The notes beneath the pieces are model-generated. The model was given only the letters and a program-made list of their open reading frames with translations, was not told the DNA's origin and made no database searches. DNA of 63,907 nt, taken from Novosphingobium sp. GTDB lineage: Bacteria > Pseudomonadota > Alphaproteobacteria > Sphingomonadales > Sphingomonadaceae. Positions 38,429-48,188 of this stretch are shown piece after piece. Position numbers and translations under genes: made by a program. The stretch lies in assembly GCA_031410955.1 (NCBI GenBank), contig JANOAD010000255.1, positions 1 through 63,907 on the forward strand, in the 5' to 3' direction. Numbering within the stretch: position 1 is the stretch's first letter; the number at the start of each line of letters is the position of its first letter.

Positions 38429-39322
38429 ATGGCAGACCGCTTTAACACCATTGCTGGCTGGACACTGTTTTCAGGGATCGTCGCGCTTGGCTTGTCGAGC
38501 ATCGCCGGCCACTATTTCGAGGCCGGCAAGTTCGAGAAGCCCGAGCATCCCGGTTACACGATTGCCGGCGTGGTCGAAGATGAGGAGGGCGGGGCCGCTG
38601 CCTCGACCGAACCGTTCGAGGCCTTCCTGGCCAAGGCCGATATGGCCAAGGGCGAAGCCAGCTTCAAGAAGTGCATGAGCTGCCACACCATCGACCAGGG
38701 CGGCGCCAACGGGCAGGGCCCGAACCTTTACGCCGTGCTGGGCGAGGAAATCGGGCAGGGCCGGGGCGGCTTCGCCTTCTCCGATGCGCTCAAGGCCAAG
38801 GGCGGCAAGTGGGACTGGGCGAGCATGAACGCCTGGCTGACCAACCCGAGCGGCTTTGCCAGCGGCACCAAGATGAGCTTTGCCGGGCTGACCGATCCGC
38901 AGGAACGCGCCAATGTGATGGTCTACCTTAATTCGAAGGGTTCGAACCTGCCGCTGCCCAAGGTTCCCGAAACTCCGGCAGCCGGTGCAGCAGCCCCGGC
39001 AGTGGCTCTGGTCGGCGATGCCGCCAAGGGCCAGAAGAGCTTCGCCAAGTGCTCCTCGTGCCACACCATTGCACCGGGCGGGCCGAACGGCCAGGGCCCG
39101 AATCTTGCAGGGATCTACGGCGACAAAAAGGGTGAAGGCCGCGGCGGTTTTGCCTTCTCGGACGGGCTCAATGCCAAGGGCGGCGTATGGGATGACGCCA
39201 GCCTCGATGCCTGGCTGGCGAGCCCGAGCGGCTTCGTCTCCGGCACCAAGATGAGCTTCGCCGGCCTCACCGACGCGCAGGAACGCGCCAACGTGATCGC
39301 CTATCTGAAGACCGCGAAATAA
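38429..39322 (+). CDS. Membrane-anchored dihaem cytochrome c (two c2-like domains)
   Basis: N-terminal TM anchor; CMSCH and CSSCH haem motifs, each followed by GPNL and GTKMSFAGL (Met ligand). Confidence 0.9.
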   Translation: MADRFNTIAGWTLFSGIVALGLSSIAGHYFEAGKFEKPEHPGYTIAGVVEDEEGGAAASTEPFEAFLAKADMAKGEASFKKCMSCHTIDQGGANGQGPNLYAVLGEEIGQGRGGFAFSDALKAKGGKWDWASMNAWLTNPSGFASGTKMSFAGLTDPQERANVMVYLNSKGSNLPLPKVPETPAAGAAAPAVALVGDAAKGQKSFAKCSSCHTIAPGGPNGQGPNLAGIYGDKKGEGRGGFAFSDGLNAKGGVWDDASLDAWLASPSGFVSGTKMSFAGLTDAQERANVIAYLKTAK

Positions 39323-39345
39323 GGCCTTCCAGAATTACGAATTTG

Positions 39346-39376
39346 AAGGGCGGGGCCGCAGGGCTCCGCCCTTTTT
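39346..39376 (+). terminator. Rho-independent terminator after the cytochrome c gene
   Basis: AAGGGCGGGGCC-loop-GGCTCCGCCCTT followed by a T-run. Confidence 0.8.
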
Positions 39377-39445
39377 GTCGCACCCAAGCCGGCTTCGGCA
39401 TCCACCTAAAAAGCTAGATTCGTAGCTGCGGCAGCAACACATAAA

Positions 39446-39946
39446 TCAGTCTTCGGCTTCGTACTTATCCAGCGCTGCGAGTGCGTCTTTTGCTTCGGCA
39501 TAGTTGGGGTCGATCGTCAATGCCTTGTTGAGGTAGTATCTTGCCATATCCAGTCGCTTCGACCCACCCTGTCCGCGTCCCCACATAATTCCGTTGTAGA
39601 AACAGCCTTTAGGCGACCCGTAAGCGCAGGCTATCTCGTAGTATCGCCGTGCACGTTCGAGATTGACAGGCACATAGCCACCGGTCTGATACCAGGTCCC
39701 CAAAAGATAACAGCTGTCTGCCAGCTTTGCCGTGCACGATTTGTCGAAAAATTCGGCGGACCGTGCTTTGTCAACTGGAACGCCGAGTCCTTTGTCGTAC
39801 GAAACACCCGCATCGCTGCATGATGTTGCATTGCCCTCCGCGCAACCCCTTACGTAGGCAGCCGCATCCGCAGCAGTCTGCGCGTTGCCGACCGATGCGG
39901 TTCCGAATGTCGTAATCATGACCGCGAAAACGAAGAATTTTTTCAT
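39446..39946 (-). CDS. Secreted Sel1-like repeat protein (Cys-rich, Hcp-like)
   Basis: Signal peptide; repeats such as GVSYDKGLGVPVDKARSAEFFDKSC and GTWYQTGGYVPVNLERARRYYEIAC; lower GC than its neighbours. Confidence 0.8.
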   Translation of the reverse strand: MKKFFVFAVMITTFGTASVGNAQTAADAAAYVRGCAEGNATSCSDAGVSYDKGLGVPVDKARSAEFFDKSCTAKLADSCYLLGTWYQTGGYVPVNLERARRYYEIACAYGSPKGCFYNGIMWGRGQGGSKRLDMARYYLNKALTIDPNYAEAKDALAALDKYEAED

Positions 39947-40024
39947 CTGCTAGTCTCCCCAGCTTTTTAGTAAGGGCCAGCAGCGGGCTTAGTCAATCCG
40001 GCGGAGGGTGAGTTGTCCGCATTG

Positions 40025-40681
40025 CTACCCCTTGAACCCCTGCGCGATCACGTACCATTCGGACGAATCCTTGCGGCTCGATGGCGGCTTGGCGTGCTTG
40101 ACGCTGGTGAAGTGCTTCTTGAGCAGCACCAGCAGCTCGGCATCGGTCCCGCCCGCGAGGACCTTGGCGATGAATGCACCGCCGGGTTCCAGCTGCTCGA
40201 TCGCGAAATGCGCGGCGGTTTCAACGAGGCCCATCGTGCGCAGGTGATCGGTCTGCTTGTGGCCGACCGTGTTGGCCGCCATGTCCGAGACGACCAGATC
40301 GGGCGCGCCGCCCAGCGCCTCGACCAGCGCGGCGGGGGCGGCATCGGCCATGAAATCCATCTCGAAGATCGTCACGCCTTCGATCGGCTCGGTCGGCAAC
40401 AGATCGATGCCGACCACTGCCGCGCCGGGGGCCTGCTTGCGCACCACCTGACTCCACCCGCCCGGCGCGATGCCGAGGTCGACCACGCGCTTGGCCTTTT
40501 TCAGCAGCGCGAATTTCTCGTCGAGCTCGATCAGCTTGTAAGCCGCGCGGCTGCGCCAGCCGTCGGCCTTGGCCTGACGCACGTAGGGATCGTTAAGCTG
40601 CCGGGTCAGCCAGCGCACGCTGCTCGCCGAACGGTTCTTGCCGGTCTTGAGCCGTTCGGGCCCCTTGCCGCTGTTTCTCAT
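40025..40681 (-). CDS. rlmE: 23S rRNA Um2552 methyltransferase
   Basis: RSRAAYKLIELD, DLGIAPGGWSQV, VVSDMA, KPPSSRKDSSEWY. Confidence 0.93.
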   Translation of the reverse strand: MRNSGKGPERLKTGKNRSASSVRWLTRQLNDPYVRQAKADGWRSRAAYKLIELDEKFALLKKAKRVVDLGIAPGGWSQVVRKQAPGAAVVGIDLLPTEPIEGVTIFEMDFMADAAPAALVEALGGAPDLVVSDMAANTVGHKQTDHLRTMGLVETAAHFAIEQLEPGGAFIAKVLAGGTDAELLVLLKKHFTSVKHAKPPSSRKDSSEWYVIAQGFKG

Positions 40682-41910
40682 ATCCGGCTCCGCCGTGCGT
40701 TGCGCAGCGCCGCGCGGCTTTTCTCGCCCGCACCGCCCGCCGCCATCATCGAGCGCAGAATGCCCTCGCGGATGCCGCGATCGGCCACGCCGAGCCGGTC
40801 GGCCGGCCACAATGCGAAGATCGTCTGCAGGATCGCGCAGCCCGCGACCACCAGGTCGGCGCGTTCGCGCCCGATGCACGGCTGGGCGCGGCGCTCGGCC
40901 GGGCTCATCAGCGCGAGCCGCTGGCACAGCTGCGCCATTTCCCCGGCGGGAACGATCAGCCCATCGACCGCACGCCGATCGTACTGCGGCAGCCCAAGGT
41001 GCAGGCTGGCGAGCGTGGTCACCGTGCCGCTGGTGCCGAGCAGGCGCAGCGCCTGTTCCGGCGCGACCTTGGTCGCAGCCTCCGCCAGCCGCTCGGCAAA
41101 GGGCGCCAGACTATCGCGTACCATCGCGCACATCTGGTCATAGCGCGTCGCCCGGCCCAGCGCGTCGTCAGGTTCGGGCGGGCAGCTCTCGGTGAGCGAG
41201 ACCACGCCCCACGGGACCGATTGCCAGTCGTGGATCTGCGGCGCCTGACCCGCGCGGTTCTCGACCAGCACCAGCTCGGTCGATCCGCCGCCGATATCGA
41301 AGATGATCGCCGGCCCGTCGCCCTCCTCGAGCAGCAGGTGGCAACCCACCACTGCCAGCCGCGCTTCTTCCTGGGCGCTGATGATATCGAGCAGGATGCC
41401 GGTCTCCGCTGCCACCCGCTCGATGAATTCGGTGCCGTTTTCGGCGCGGCGGCAGGCTTCGGTGGCGACCGAGCGGGCGAGGTGGACATTGCGGCGCTGC
41501 AATTTGTCGGCGCAGATGCGCAGTGCGCCCAGCGTGCGCTCCATCGCGGCGTCGCTCAGCCGCCCGCTCTGGGCAAGGCCTTCGCCGAGGCGGACGACGC
41601 GGCTAAAAGCGTCGATCACGGTGAAATGGTCGCCCGCAGGCCGCGCGATCAGCAAGCGGCAGTTGTTGGTGCCAAGGTCGATCGCGGCAAAGGCCTGACG
41701 ATGGAACGGGGTCGGTCGCTGCGCGGATTCGCCTTGCCAGCCGGGGGCGGCAGCCCCGGATCGGGGCGATTCGGTCGTCTCTCGGCCACCGGGCCGGCGC
41801 GCAGGTTCTTCGGGAAGCGGGGCGGTTTCGGGCGGCTGACCCTGACCGGTGTGAACGTCGCTTCCTGTCACCTCCAGTTCGCGCTTCGCCGGCGGAATAT
41901 CGTCCGCCAT
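40678..41910 (-). CDS. ppx: Ppx/GppA exopolyphosphatase family protein
   Basis: AAIDLGTNNCRLL, VATEACR, DIGGGSTE, GTSGT, RGIREG. Confidence 0.88.
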   Translation of the reverse strand: MADDIPPAKRELEVTGSDVHTGQGQPPETAPLPEEPARRPGGRETTESPRSGAAAPGWQGESAQRPTPFHRQAFAAIDLGTNNCRLLIARPAGDHFTVIDAFSRVVRLGEGLAQSGRLSDAAMERTLGALRICADKLQRRNVHLARSVATEACRRAENGTEFIERVAAETGILLDIISAQEEARLAVVGCHLLLEEGDGPAIIFDIGGGSTELVLVENRAGQAPQIHDWQSVPWGVVSLTESCPPEPDDALGRATRYDQMCAMVRDSLAPFAERLAEAATKVAPEQALRLLGTSGTVTTLASLHLGLPQYDRRAVDGLIVPAGEMAQLCQRLALMSPAERRAQPCIGRERADLVVAGCAILQTIFALWPADRLGVADRGIREGILRSMMAAGGAGEKSRAALRNARRSRI

Positions 41911-42000
41911 GACACGTGCACTCTTATCTTTATGCCTGCCCCACGCGGCAGGTACCTGGTGCCCGAATAGCCGGGGCGGCGGCGAACGGCAAGCGCCGCC

Positions 42001-42029
42001 TTGACGAGTGCGCCGCCCGCTCCTAGAGG
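42001..42029 (+). promoter_or_regulatory. Sigma70-type promoter of tRNA-Gln
   Basis: TTGACG-N17-TAGAGG just upstream of the tRNA. Confidence 0.65.
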
Positions 42030-42041
42030 CTCCGGCCTGAT

Positions 42042-42115
42042 TGCCCGATCGTCTAAAGGTAAGACAACGGTCTCTGACACCGTTAATCGAGGTTCGAATC
42101 CTCGTCGGGCATCCA
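42042..42115 (+). tRNA. tRNA-Gln (anticodon CTG)
   Basis: Acceptor TGCCCGA/TCGGGCA, anticodon stem ACGGT/ACCGT with loop CTCTGAC, T-arm CGAGG-TTCGAAT-CCTCG, encoded CCA. Confidence 0.95.
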
Positions 42116-42250
42116 ATCCCGTGCAAAGTGCGGTCGGCCCATCCGGGCCTCCCTTAGCAACGGTGTTGCAAGCATTCGGCTGAAACCGAATGCGCACTCC
42201 GCGAAGACTCTACCTTTGACACGTGCGCGCCAAGCCGCGACAAGGGCCCA

Positions 42251-43129
42251 ATGACTGAAGAAACCGAAGAAAAGCGCCTCAATCGCGGGCGATTCTACAA
42301 GGCCGACCAGGAAGCCTCGTTCGTCGAATCGCACGCCGCTTCCACCCCGCAGACCCGCGATCCGGCCTATCGGCTCGCCTACCGCGATACTGATTTCCTG
42401 CTGCGCCAGGAACTGCGCCCGGTGCGTTTCCAGCTGGAACTGCTGAAGTGCGAGATGCTGCTGGAAGAGGCCGGGATCGGCTCGACTCTGGTCTGTTATG
42501 GCTCGGCGCGGATCCCTTCGCCCGAAATGGTCGAAACCGCGCGCGCCGCGGCGACCACGCCCGAGCGCAAGGCGGTGGTCGAGCGGCTGGTGGCGAATTC
42601 GAAGTATTATGACCAGGCGCGCGAGCTGGGCCGGATCGCCTCGTGCTGCGGGATCGTCGAGAAGGGCATGCGCCAGTTCGTGGTCTGCTCGGGCGGCGGG
42701 CCGTCGATCATGGAGGCGGCCAATCGCGGCGCGATCGATGCCGGGGCCGAGACGATCGGGCTCAACATCGTGCTCCCGCACGAGCAGGCGCCTAACACCT
42801 ATGTCACCCCGCACCTGGCCTTCCAGTTCCACTATTTCGCGCTGAGGAAGATGCACTTCCTGCTGCGCGCCAAGGCGGTGGCGGTGTTCCCCGGCGGGTT
42901 CGGCACGCTCGATGAATTCATGGAGCTCTTGACCCTGGTGCAGACCGGCAAGATGAAGCCGATCCCGATCCTGCTGTTCGGCAAGGACTTCTGGACCCGG
43001 GTGCTCAACTTCGAGGCGATGGCCGAAGAAGGGGTGATCAACCCAGAGGATTTGAGCCTGTTCCACTGGGTGGAAACCGCCGAGGAAGGCTGGGCCAAGG
43101 TGGTCGAGTTCTACGATCTCGACTGCTGA
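42251..43129 (+). CDS. LOG family protein (TIGR00730-like Rossmann fold)
   Basis: YGSARI, SGGGPSIMEAANRGA, PGGFGTLDE. Confidence 0.88.
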   Translation: MTEETEEKRLNRGRFYKADQEASFVESHAASTPQTRDPAYRLAYRDTDFLLRQELRPVRFQLELLKCEMLLEEAGIGSTLVCYGSARIPSPEMVETARAAATTPERKAVVERLVANSKYYDQARELGRIASCCGIVEKGMRQFVVCSGGGPSIMEAANRGAIDAGAETIGLNIVLPHEQAPNTYVTPHLAFQFHYFALRKMHFLLRAKAVAVFPGGFGTLDEFMELLTLVQTGKMKPIPILLFGKDFWTRVLNFEAMAEEGVINPEDLSLFHWVETAEEGWAKVVEFYDLDC

Positions 43130-43135
43130 GATTGT

Positions 43136-43885
43136 TCAGCCGCGCGCTTCGGCGTGTCCCAGCGGACCGCATCCGGCCCCGAACCCGGGCGCGGCGCGCA
43201 AGGCTGATCGCACGAATAGCCGCGCGCGGTCGACCGCTTCGGCGAGCGGCAGGCCCTTGGCGAGGTAGGTCGCGATCGCGCTTGATAGCGTGCAGCCGGT
43301 GCCATGGGTGTGGCGGGTGTGGATGCGGGTGCCGGCCATGACGTGCGGCTCTGAGCCGGGGGCCACCAGCACGTCCTCGACCCGCTCGCCCTCGGCGTCG
43401 CCGCCCTTGGCGAGGTAAGTCACGCCGCGCGCCGCCATGCCCGCGTGTCCGCCCAGCGCGGCCAGCTCGGCGACGTTGGGCGTGGTCAGCGTGGCGAGCT
43501 GCATCAGGCGTTCGAAGGCCGCGATGGTTTCTGCATCGGCCAGTGCCGCGCCGCTGGTCGCGATCATGACCGGGTCGAACACCACCGGCACGTTGAGTGC
43601 GGCAATCCGCTCGGCGACCAGCGCCGCGATTGCGGGTGAGCCGAGCATCCCGATCTTTACAGCGTCCACCCCGATGTCCGACACGCAAGCATTGATCTGT
43701 GCGGCGATGAGTCCGGGGGACAGCACCTGGGCCGCGGTGACCCCCAGCGTGTTCTGCGCGGTGATCGCGGTAATCGCGCTCATCGCAAAGCCGCCGAGCA
43801 CAGTGATGGTCTTGATATCAGCCTGGATACCCGCGCCGCCCGAGCTGTCCGAGCCGGCGATGGTAAGGATGCGTGGCGGGGACAT
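43136..43885 (-). CDS. thiD: Hydroxymethylpyrimidine/phosphomethylpyrimidine kinase
   Basis: [42 protein letters not shown]. Confidence 0.93.
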   Translation of the reverse strand: MSPPRILTIAGSDSSGGAGIQADIKTITVLGGFAMSAITAITAQNTLGVTAAQVLSPGLIAAQINACVSDIGVDAVKIGMLGSPAIAALVAERIAALNVPVVFDPVMIATSGAALADAETIAAFERLMQLATLTTPNVAELAALGGHAGMAARGVTYLAKGGDAEGERVEDVLVAPGSEPHVMAGTRIHTRHTHGTGCTLSSAIATYLAKGLPLAEAVDRARLFVRSALRAAPGFGAGCGPLGHAEARG

Positions 43886-43905
43886 CAGTTGATCGGGCTG
43901 GCGTG

Positions 43906-44000
43906 GCGCGCGGGCTTCGACAGGCTGAGCCTGAGCGGAGTTAGGAATGAAGCCATAACCAAGGCCCGCTCAGCCTGAGCCTGTCGAAGGCCACGCGTTG
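43906..44000. repeat. REP-like palindromic repeat, copy 2
   Basis: Arms 43915-43938 and 43966-43989 are nearly identical to copy 1, with the same GCGCGCGGG and GCCACG flanks but a different spacer. Confidence 0.85.
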
Positions 44001-44012
44001 CCGCCCGCACCT

Positions 44013-44240
44013 TCAACCCGTGAATTTCCGCACCGCCGAGGCCGGATGCCTGGCCAGCAGCGCCGCCGCCCGCGTCGGCCGGTCGAGCAAGTCGCCGCCA
44101 CAATTGGGGCAGCGCTCGTCGAGCCGGTCGGCACATTCGGCGCAGAAGGTGCATTCGAAGCTGCAGATGAACGCGCCGGGGGCCTCGGCGGGCAGGTCCG
44201 CGCCGCAGCGTTCGCAATCGGGGCGCATCTCAAGACTCAT
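44013..44240 (-). CDS. DUF1272 family small Cys-rich protein
   Basis: [10 protein letters not shown]...[12 protein letters not shown]...CPNCGG..RPTR. Confidence 0.88.
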   Translation of the reverse strand: MSLEMRPDCERCGADLPAEAPGAFICSFECTFCAECADRLDERCPNCGGDLLDRPTRAAALLARHPASAVRKFTG

Positions 44241-45577
44241 GCCGCGGCCTCCTGCACTGCATCACAGATCGCGCTAACCACGCTTTCAACCTGGCCGGCA
44301 TCGTCGCCCTCGGCCATTACGCGGATCACCGGTTCGGTGCCCGAGGGGCGGATCACCAGGCGGCCTCTGCCGGCAAGCTGGGCCTCGGCCTCGGCAATGG
44401 CTGCCTGGACGCGCGCCTTATCGAGCGGCCTGCCGCCGCTGAAGCGCACGTTGCGCAGCAATTGCGGGACCGGATCGAACAGGTGGAGCAGCTCGCTCGC
44501 TGCCTTGCCCGATTTGACCAGCGCGGCGAGCACCTGCAGCGCGGCGATCGTGCCATCGCCGGTGGTGGCATGGTCGAGCAGGATCATGTGGCCCGATTGC
44601 TCGCCGCCCAGATTGAAGCCGTCCGCCTTCATCTTTTCGAGCACGTGGCGGTCACCCACCTTGGTGCGTTCGAGTGTCAGCCCGCGCCCCTCGAGGTAGC
44701 GTTCAAGCACGAGGTTGGACATCACCGTCGCCACCACCCCGCCGCCGCGCAGCTGGCCCTGGTCCGCCAGCTGCGTGCCGATCAGCGCCATCAACTGGTC
44801 GCCGTCGACCGTCTGGCCGCGCTCGTCGACCACGATCAGCCGGTCGGCATCGCCATCGAGCGCAATCCCGATATGCGCCCCGCTCGCGACCACGGTCTCG
44901 CTGACCAGGCCCAGGCTGGTCGAACCGCACTTGTCGTTGATGTTGGTGCCGTTGGGACTGACCCCGACCGTGATGACCTCGGCGCCCAGTTCCCAGATTG
45001 CCGAAGGCGTCACCTGATAAGCCGCGCCATTGGCGCAATCGACCACGATCTTGAGCCCGTCGAGCCGGATATCGTCGGGCAGCGATCCCTTGACCGCGTG
45101 GATATAGCGCCCGCGTGCATCCTCGATCCGCCGCGCCCGGCCGATCTCGGCGGCGGGGGCCAGCGCGAGGTTCTGGCTCAACATGGCCTCGATCGCCAGT
45201 TCGGCGTCGTCGGACAACTTGAACCCGTCGGGCCCGAACAGCTTGATCCCGTTGTCCTGGTAGGGATTGTGGCTGGCGGAAATCATCACGCCGACATCGG
45301 CGCGCAGTTCGCGGGTGAGCAGCGCGATCGCCGGGGTGGGCAGCGGCCCCAGCAGGACCACGTCCATCCCCACGCTGGTGAATCCGGCGACCAGCGCGTT
45401 CTCGAGCATGTAGCCCGACAGGCGTGTATCCTTGCCGATGACCACGCGGTGGCGGTGCTTGCCGCGCAGGAAGTGGGTGCCGGCGGCCTGGCCGACCTTC
45501 ATCGCGATGGCCGCGGTCATCACTCCGGCGTTGGTCAGGCCGCGAATCCCGTCAGTGCCGAAATATTGCCGTCCCAT
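44237..45577 (-). CDS. glmM: Phosphoglucosamine mutase
   Basis: [44 protein letters not shown]. Confidence 0.96.
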   Translation of the reverse strand: MGRQYFGTDGIRGLTNAGVMTAAIAMKVGQAAGTHFLRGKHRHRVVIGKDTRLSGYMLENALVAGFTSVGMDVVLLGPLPTPAIALLTRELRADVGVMISASHNPYQDNGIKLFGPDGFKLSDDAELAIEAMLSQNLALAPAAEIGRARRIEDARGRYIHAVKGSLPDDIRLDGLKIVVDCANGAAYQVTPSAIWELGAEVITVGVSPNGTNINDKCGSTSLGLVSETVVASGAHIGIALDGDADRLIVVDERGQTVDGDQLMALIGTQLADQGQLRGGGVVATVMSNLVLERYLEGRGLTLERTKVGDRHVLEKMKADGFNLGGEQSGHMILLDHATTGDGTIAALQVLAALVKSGKAASELLHLFDPVPQLLRNVRFSGGRPLDKARVQAAIAEAEAQLAGRGRLVIRPSGTEPVIRVMAEGDDAGQVESVVSAICDAVQEAAA

Positions 45578-45675
45578 CGCCCTCGAACCCTTACTTGGTG
45601 CGCGCTGCGCATTCGCAAATTGCCATGCCGCACCCGCGCGTTATTGTCACCCCGGCAATGGAACAGGGGTCATCA

Positions 45676-46956
45676 ATGACAGTGCAGCAATCGGCAGCGG
45701 GTTTCCCCGAAATCAAGGTTCCCGCCGCGCTGACTTTCGCCGCGCTGGTGCTGGGTTTCATCATCGGCACCATGCTGCGCGGAACTTCGATCGAAGGCGC
45801 GGTGCTCGCCGTCGCGGGGCCGGCCGGAACGCTGTGGCTGCGGGCGCTGCAGCTGACGATCCTGCCGCTGGTCATCGGCCTCGTCTACACCGGCATCTCG
45901 CAGACCCTGGCGGCGGCCGGGGGCGGACTTCTGGCACGGCGCGCGGTGATGATGTTCTGCCTGGTGCTGCTCGCCAGCGGGACCATGGCGGTTCTGCTCG
46001 TTACGGGATTGCTCGGCATGTTCCCCATTCCGGCGAGCGCGGCTGCAGCCCTGAGCGGCGGTGCGGCGGATACCGGCACAGTGCCCGGAGTGGCCGAAAT
46101 CCTTTCTGCAATGATGCCCGAAAACATCTTCGCCGCTGCTGCGGCCGGGGCGATGCTGCCAATCGTGCTGTTCGTCTCGCTGTTCGCTCTGGCCGCGACC
46201 AAGCTTGGAGCTGTCCCGCGCCAGGCGCTTGCCACACTGTTTGAAGGCATTGCCGGGGCGATGATGGTGATCGTCGGCTGGGTGCTGATGCTCGCCCCGA
46301 TCGGAGTCTTCGGCCTCGCCATGTCCTTGGGCGCCAGGATGGGCTGCGACGCGGTGGGCGCGCTGGCGCATTACATCCTGATCGTCAGCGCTGCGGGGCT
46401 GGTGGTGCTGATCGCCGGCTACGTCCTCGCGCTGACGCTGGGCGGGCAGCGGTTCATGGACTTCGCCCGGGCGATGCTTCCGGTCCATGCGGTGGCGATT
46501 TCGACCCAGTCCTCGCTTGCGTGCCTGCCGGCGATGCTGGTGGCAACGCGCAAGATCGGCGTGCGCGAAGCGACCGCCGATTTCGTCTTGCCGTTGGCGG
46601 TGGCGATTTTCCGTGGGACCAGCCCGGCGATGAATCTGGGCGTTGCGATTTACGCTGCGCACCTGACCGGCACACCGCTTTCCCCGGTCGCACTGGCCGC
46701 AGGGGTGCTGGTCGCCTTCCTCGTTTCGCTGAGCTCGGTCTCGCTGCCGGGCACGATCAGCTTCGTCGTTTCGGTCGGGCCGATCGCGATGGCGATGGGG
46801 GTGCCGGTCGCGCCGCTCGGGCTGCTGGTCGCGGTCGAGATTCTGCCCGACCTGATGCGCACGCTCGGCAATGTGACGATGGATGTGGCGGTGACCACGG
46901 CGGTGGACAAGGGCAGCGAGGGGGCGGGCGGGCCGGGCGCCGCAGCGCTTCCCTAA
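45676..46956 (+). CDS. Dicarboxylate/amino acid:cation symporter (DAACS)
   Basis: APIGVF, STQSSLACLP, FVLPL, DLMRTLGNVTMD; many TM helices. Confidence 0.85.
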   Translation: MTVQQSAAGFPEIKVPAALTFAALVLGFIIGTMLRGTSIEGAVLAVAGPAGTLWLRALQLTILPLVIGLVYTGISQTLAAAGGGLLARRAVMMFCLVLLASGTMAVLLVTGLLGMFPIPASAAAALSGGAADTGTVPGVAEILSAMMPENIFAAAAAGAMLPIVLFVSLFALAATKLGAVPRQALATLFEGIAGAMMVIVGWVLMLAPIGVFGLAMSLGARMGCDAVGALAHYILIVSAAGLVVLIAGYVLALTLGGQRFMDFARAMLPVHAVAISTQSSLACLPAMLVATRKIGVREATADFVLPLAVAIFRGTSPAMNLGVAIYAAHLTGTPLSPVALAAGVLVAFLVSLSSVSLPGTISFVVSVGPIAMAMGVPVAPLGLLVAVEILPDLMRTLGNVTMDVAVTTAVDKGSEGAGGPGAAALP

Positions 46957-48110
46957 AGCGCCTTCTCATACATCGAATATTCGCGGTTGAGGTGGCTGAC
47001 GATCGCATCGGCGATGGCGACCATGCCCTGGTTGTCCTCCAGAATCCAGCCGATCTCGCCGCGCACGAAACCGTAATGTTCGACGGCAGTGCGGCGGATT
47101 TGCTCGATCATCATGAAGGCCAGCTGGCTGGCGAGCCGCGATGATTGATGCTCTTTCAGCACCCCCATCAGGGGCACCCGGATCGTCCGGCCGCGCGGTT
47201 TGCGCAGCCACCACAGCAGCCGCGCCCAGCCGAACGGCAGCAGCTTGCCGCGCACTTTGAGGATCACCTCGTTGAGATCGGGCAGGGTCACCATGAAGGC
47301 CACCGGCCGCCCATCGTACTCGGCGATCAGGATCAGGTCTTCGCGCACCAGCGGTTTCAGTTTCTTGCCGACATAGGCGATTTCGGTGTCGGTAAACGGG
47401 ACGAAGCCCCAGTTGTTCGACCAGGCATCGTTGAGAATATCGATGATGATCCGGGCGTCGCGGTCAAAATGCTTGAGCTCGACCTGGCGGATGCGGATCC
47501 GCGCGTTGCGTTCGCCCGATTGGACGATGCGCTGGATCAGCGGCGGGAATGCCTCGGTCATATCAACCTCGTAGGTCACCAGCAGCTTGGCGAGCGCGTA
47601 ACCGTCGCGCTCGATCCAGCCCTGATACTCGGTATTGTCGTGGCCCATCATCACCGTGGCGGGATGATCGTGGCCCTTGGTCAGCAGGCCCGGTTCTTCC
47701 CACACCGACAAGCTGATCGGGGCGAGCACGCGGGTCATCCCCTGGCCGCGCAGCCAGTCTTCTGCCGCGCCGATCATCGCGCGGGTGGTCGCCTCATCCT
47801 CGGCTTCGAGCAAGCCCCAGTTGCCAGTGCCCGGGCCCATCCCCTGTGCGGCCGGCTGAGTCAGTGCAAGGTGATCGATGTGGGCAGAAATGCGCCCGAC
47901 CACCTCGCCCCCGCGCCGCGCGAGGAATAGCTGCATCGTGGCATGTTCGTGGAAGGGGTTCTTGCCCGGGGTGAGCAGCTCGACCACTTCGCCGCGCAGC
48001 GGCGGAACCCAGTTGGGGTCTGAACGGTTAAGCCGATAAGCCAGATCAACAAATGCATTGAAGTCGGCCTTGTTGTCGACCTTCGCCACCATTAACTGCG
48101 GTTTTGCCAC
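46953..48110 (-). CDS. GNAT-like acyltransferase, probable bacterial ceramide synthase (bCerS-like)
   Basis: DPNWVPPL, NPFHEH, GRISAHID, NDAWSNNWGFVP, LPDLNE, EIGWILEDN match the roughly 380-aa bCerS-type family as recalled; adjacent to lptFG. GTG start inferred. Confidence 0.7.
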   Translation of the reverse strand: MAKPQLMVAKVDNKADFNAFVDLAYRLNRSDPNWVPPLRGEVVELLTPGKNPFHEHATMQLFLARRGGEVVGRISAHIDHLALTQPAAQGMGPGTGNWGLLEAEDEATTRAMIGAAEDWLRGQGMTRVLAPISLSVWEEPGLLTKGHDHPATVMMGHDNTEYQGWIERDGYALAKLLVTYEVDMTEAFPPLIQRIVQSGERNARIRIRQVELKHFDRDARIIIDILNDAWSNNWGFVPFTDTEIAYVGKKLKPLVREDLILIAEYDGRPVAFMVTLPDLNEVILKVRGKLLPFGWARLLWWLRKPRGRTIRVPLMGVLKEHQSSRLASQLAFMMIEQIRRTAVEHYGFVRGEIGWILEDNQGMVAIADAIVSHLNREYSMYEKAL

Positions 48111-48188
48111 GATGCTGCCTTTGTTTGCCTGCAGGGGGCAGTGCATATGGACCCCGCAGCTTGTCAAGCCGGGGCAATCTGGATCTGA

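Noticed and set aside
34601-44000. Repeats as a CRISPR array
   Set aside because: Only two copies 9 kb apart, built as inverted arms rather than tandem direct repeats, and no cas genes.
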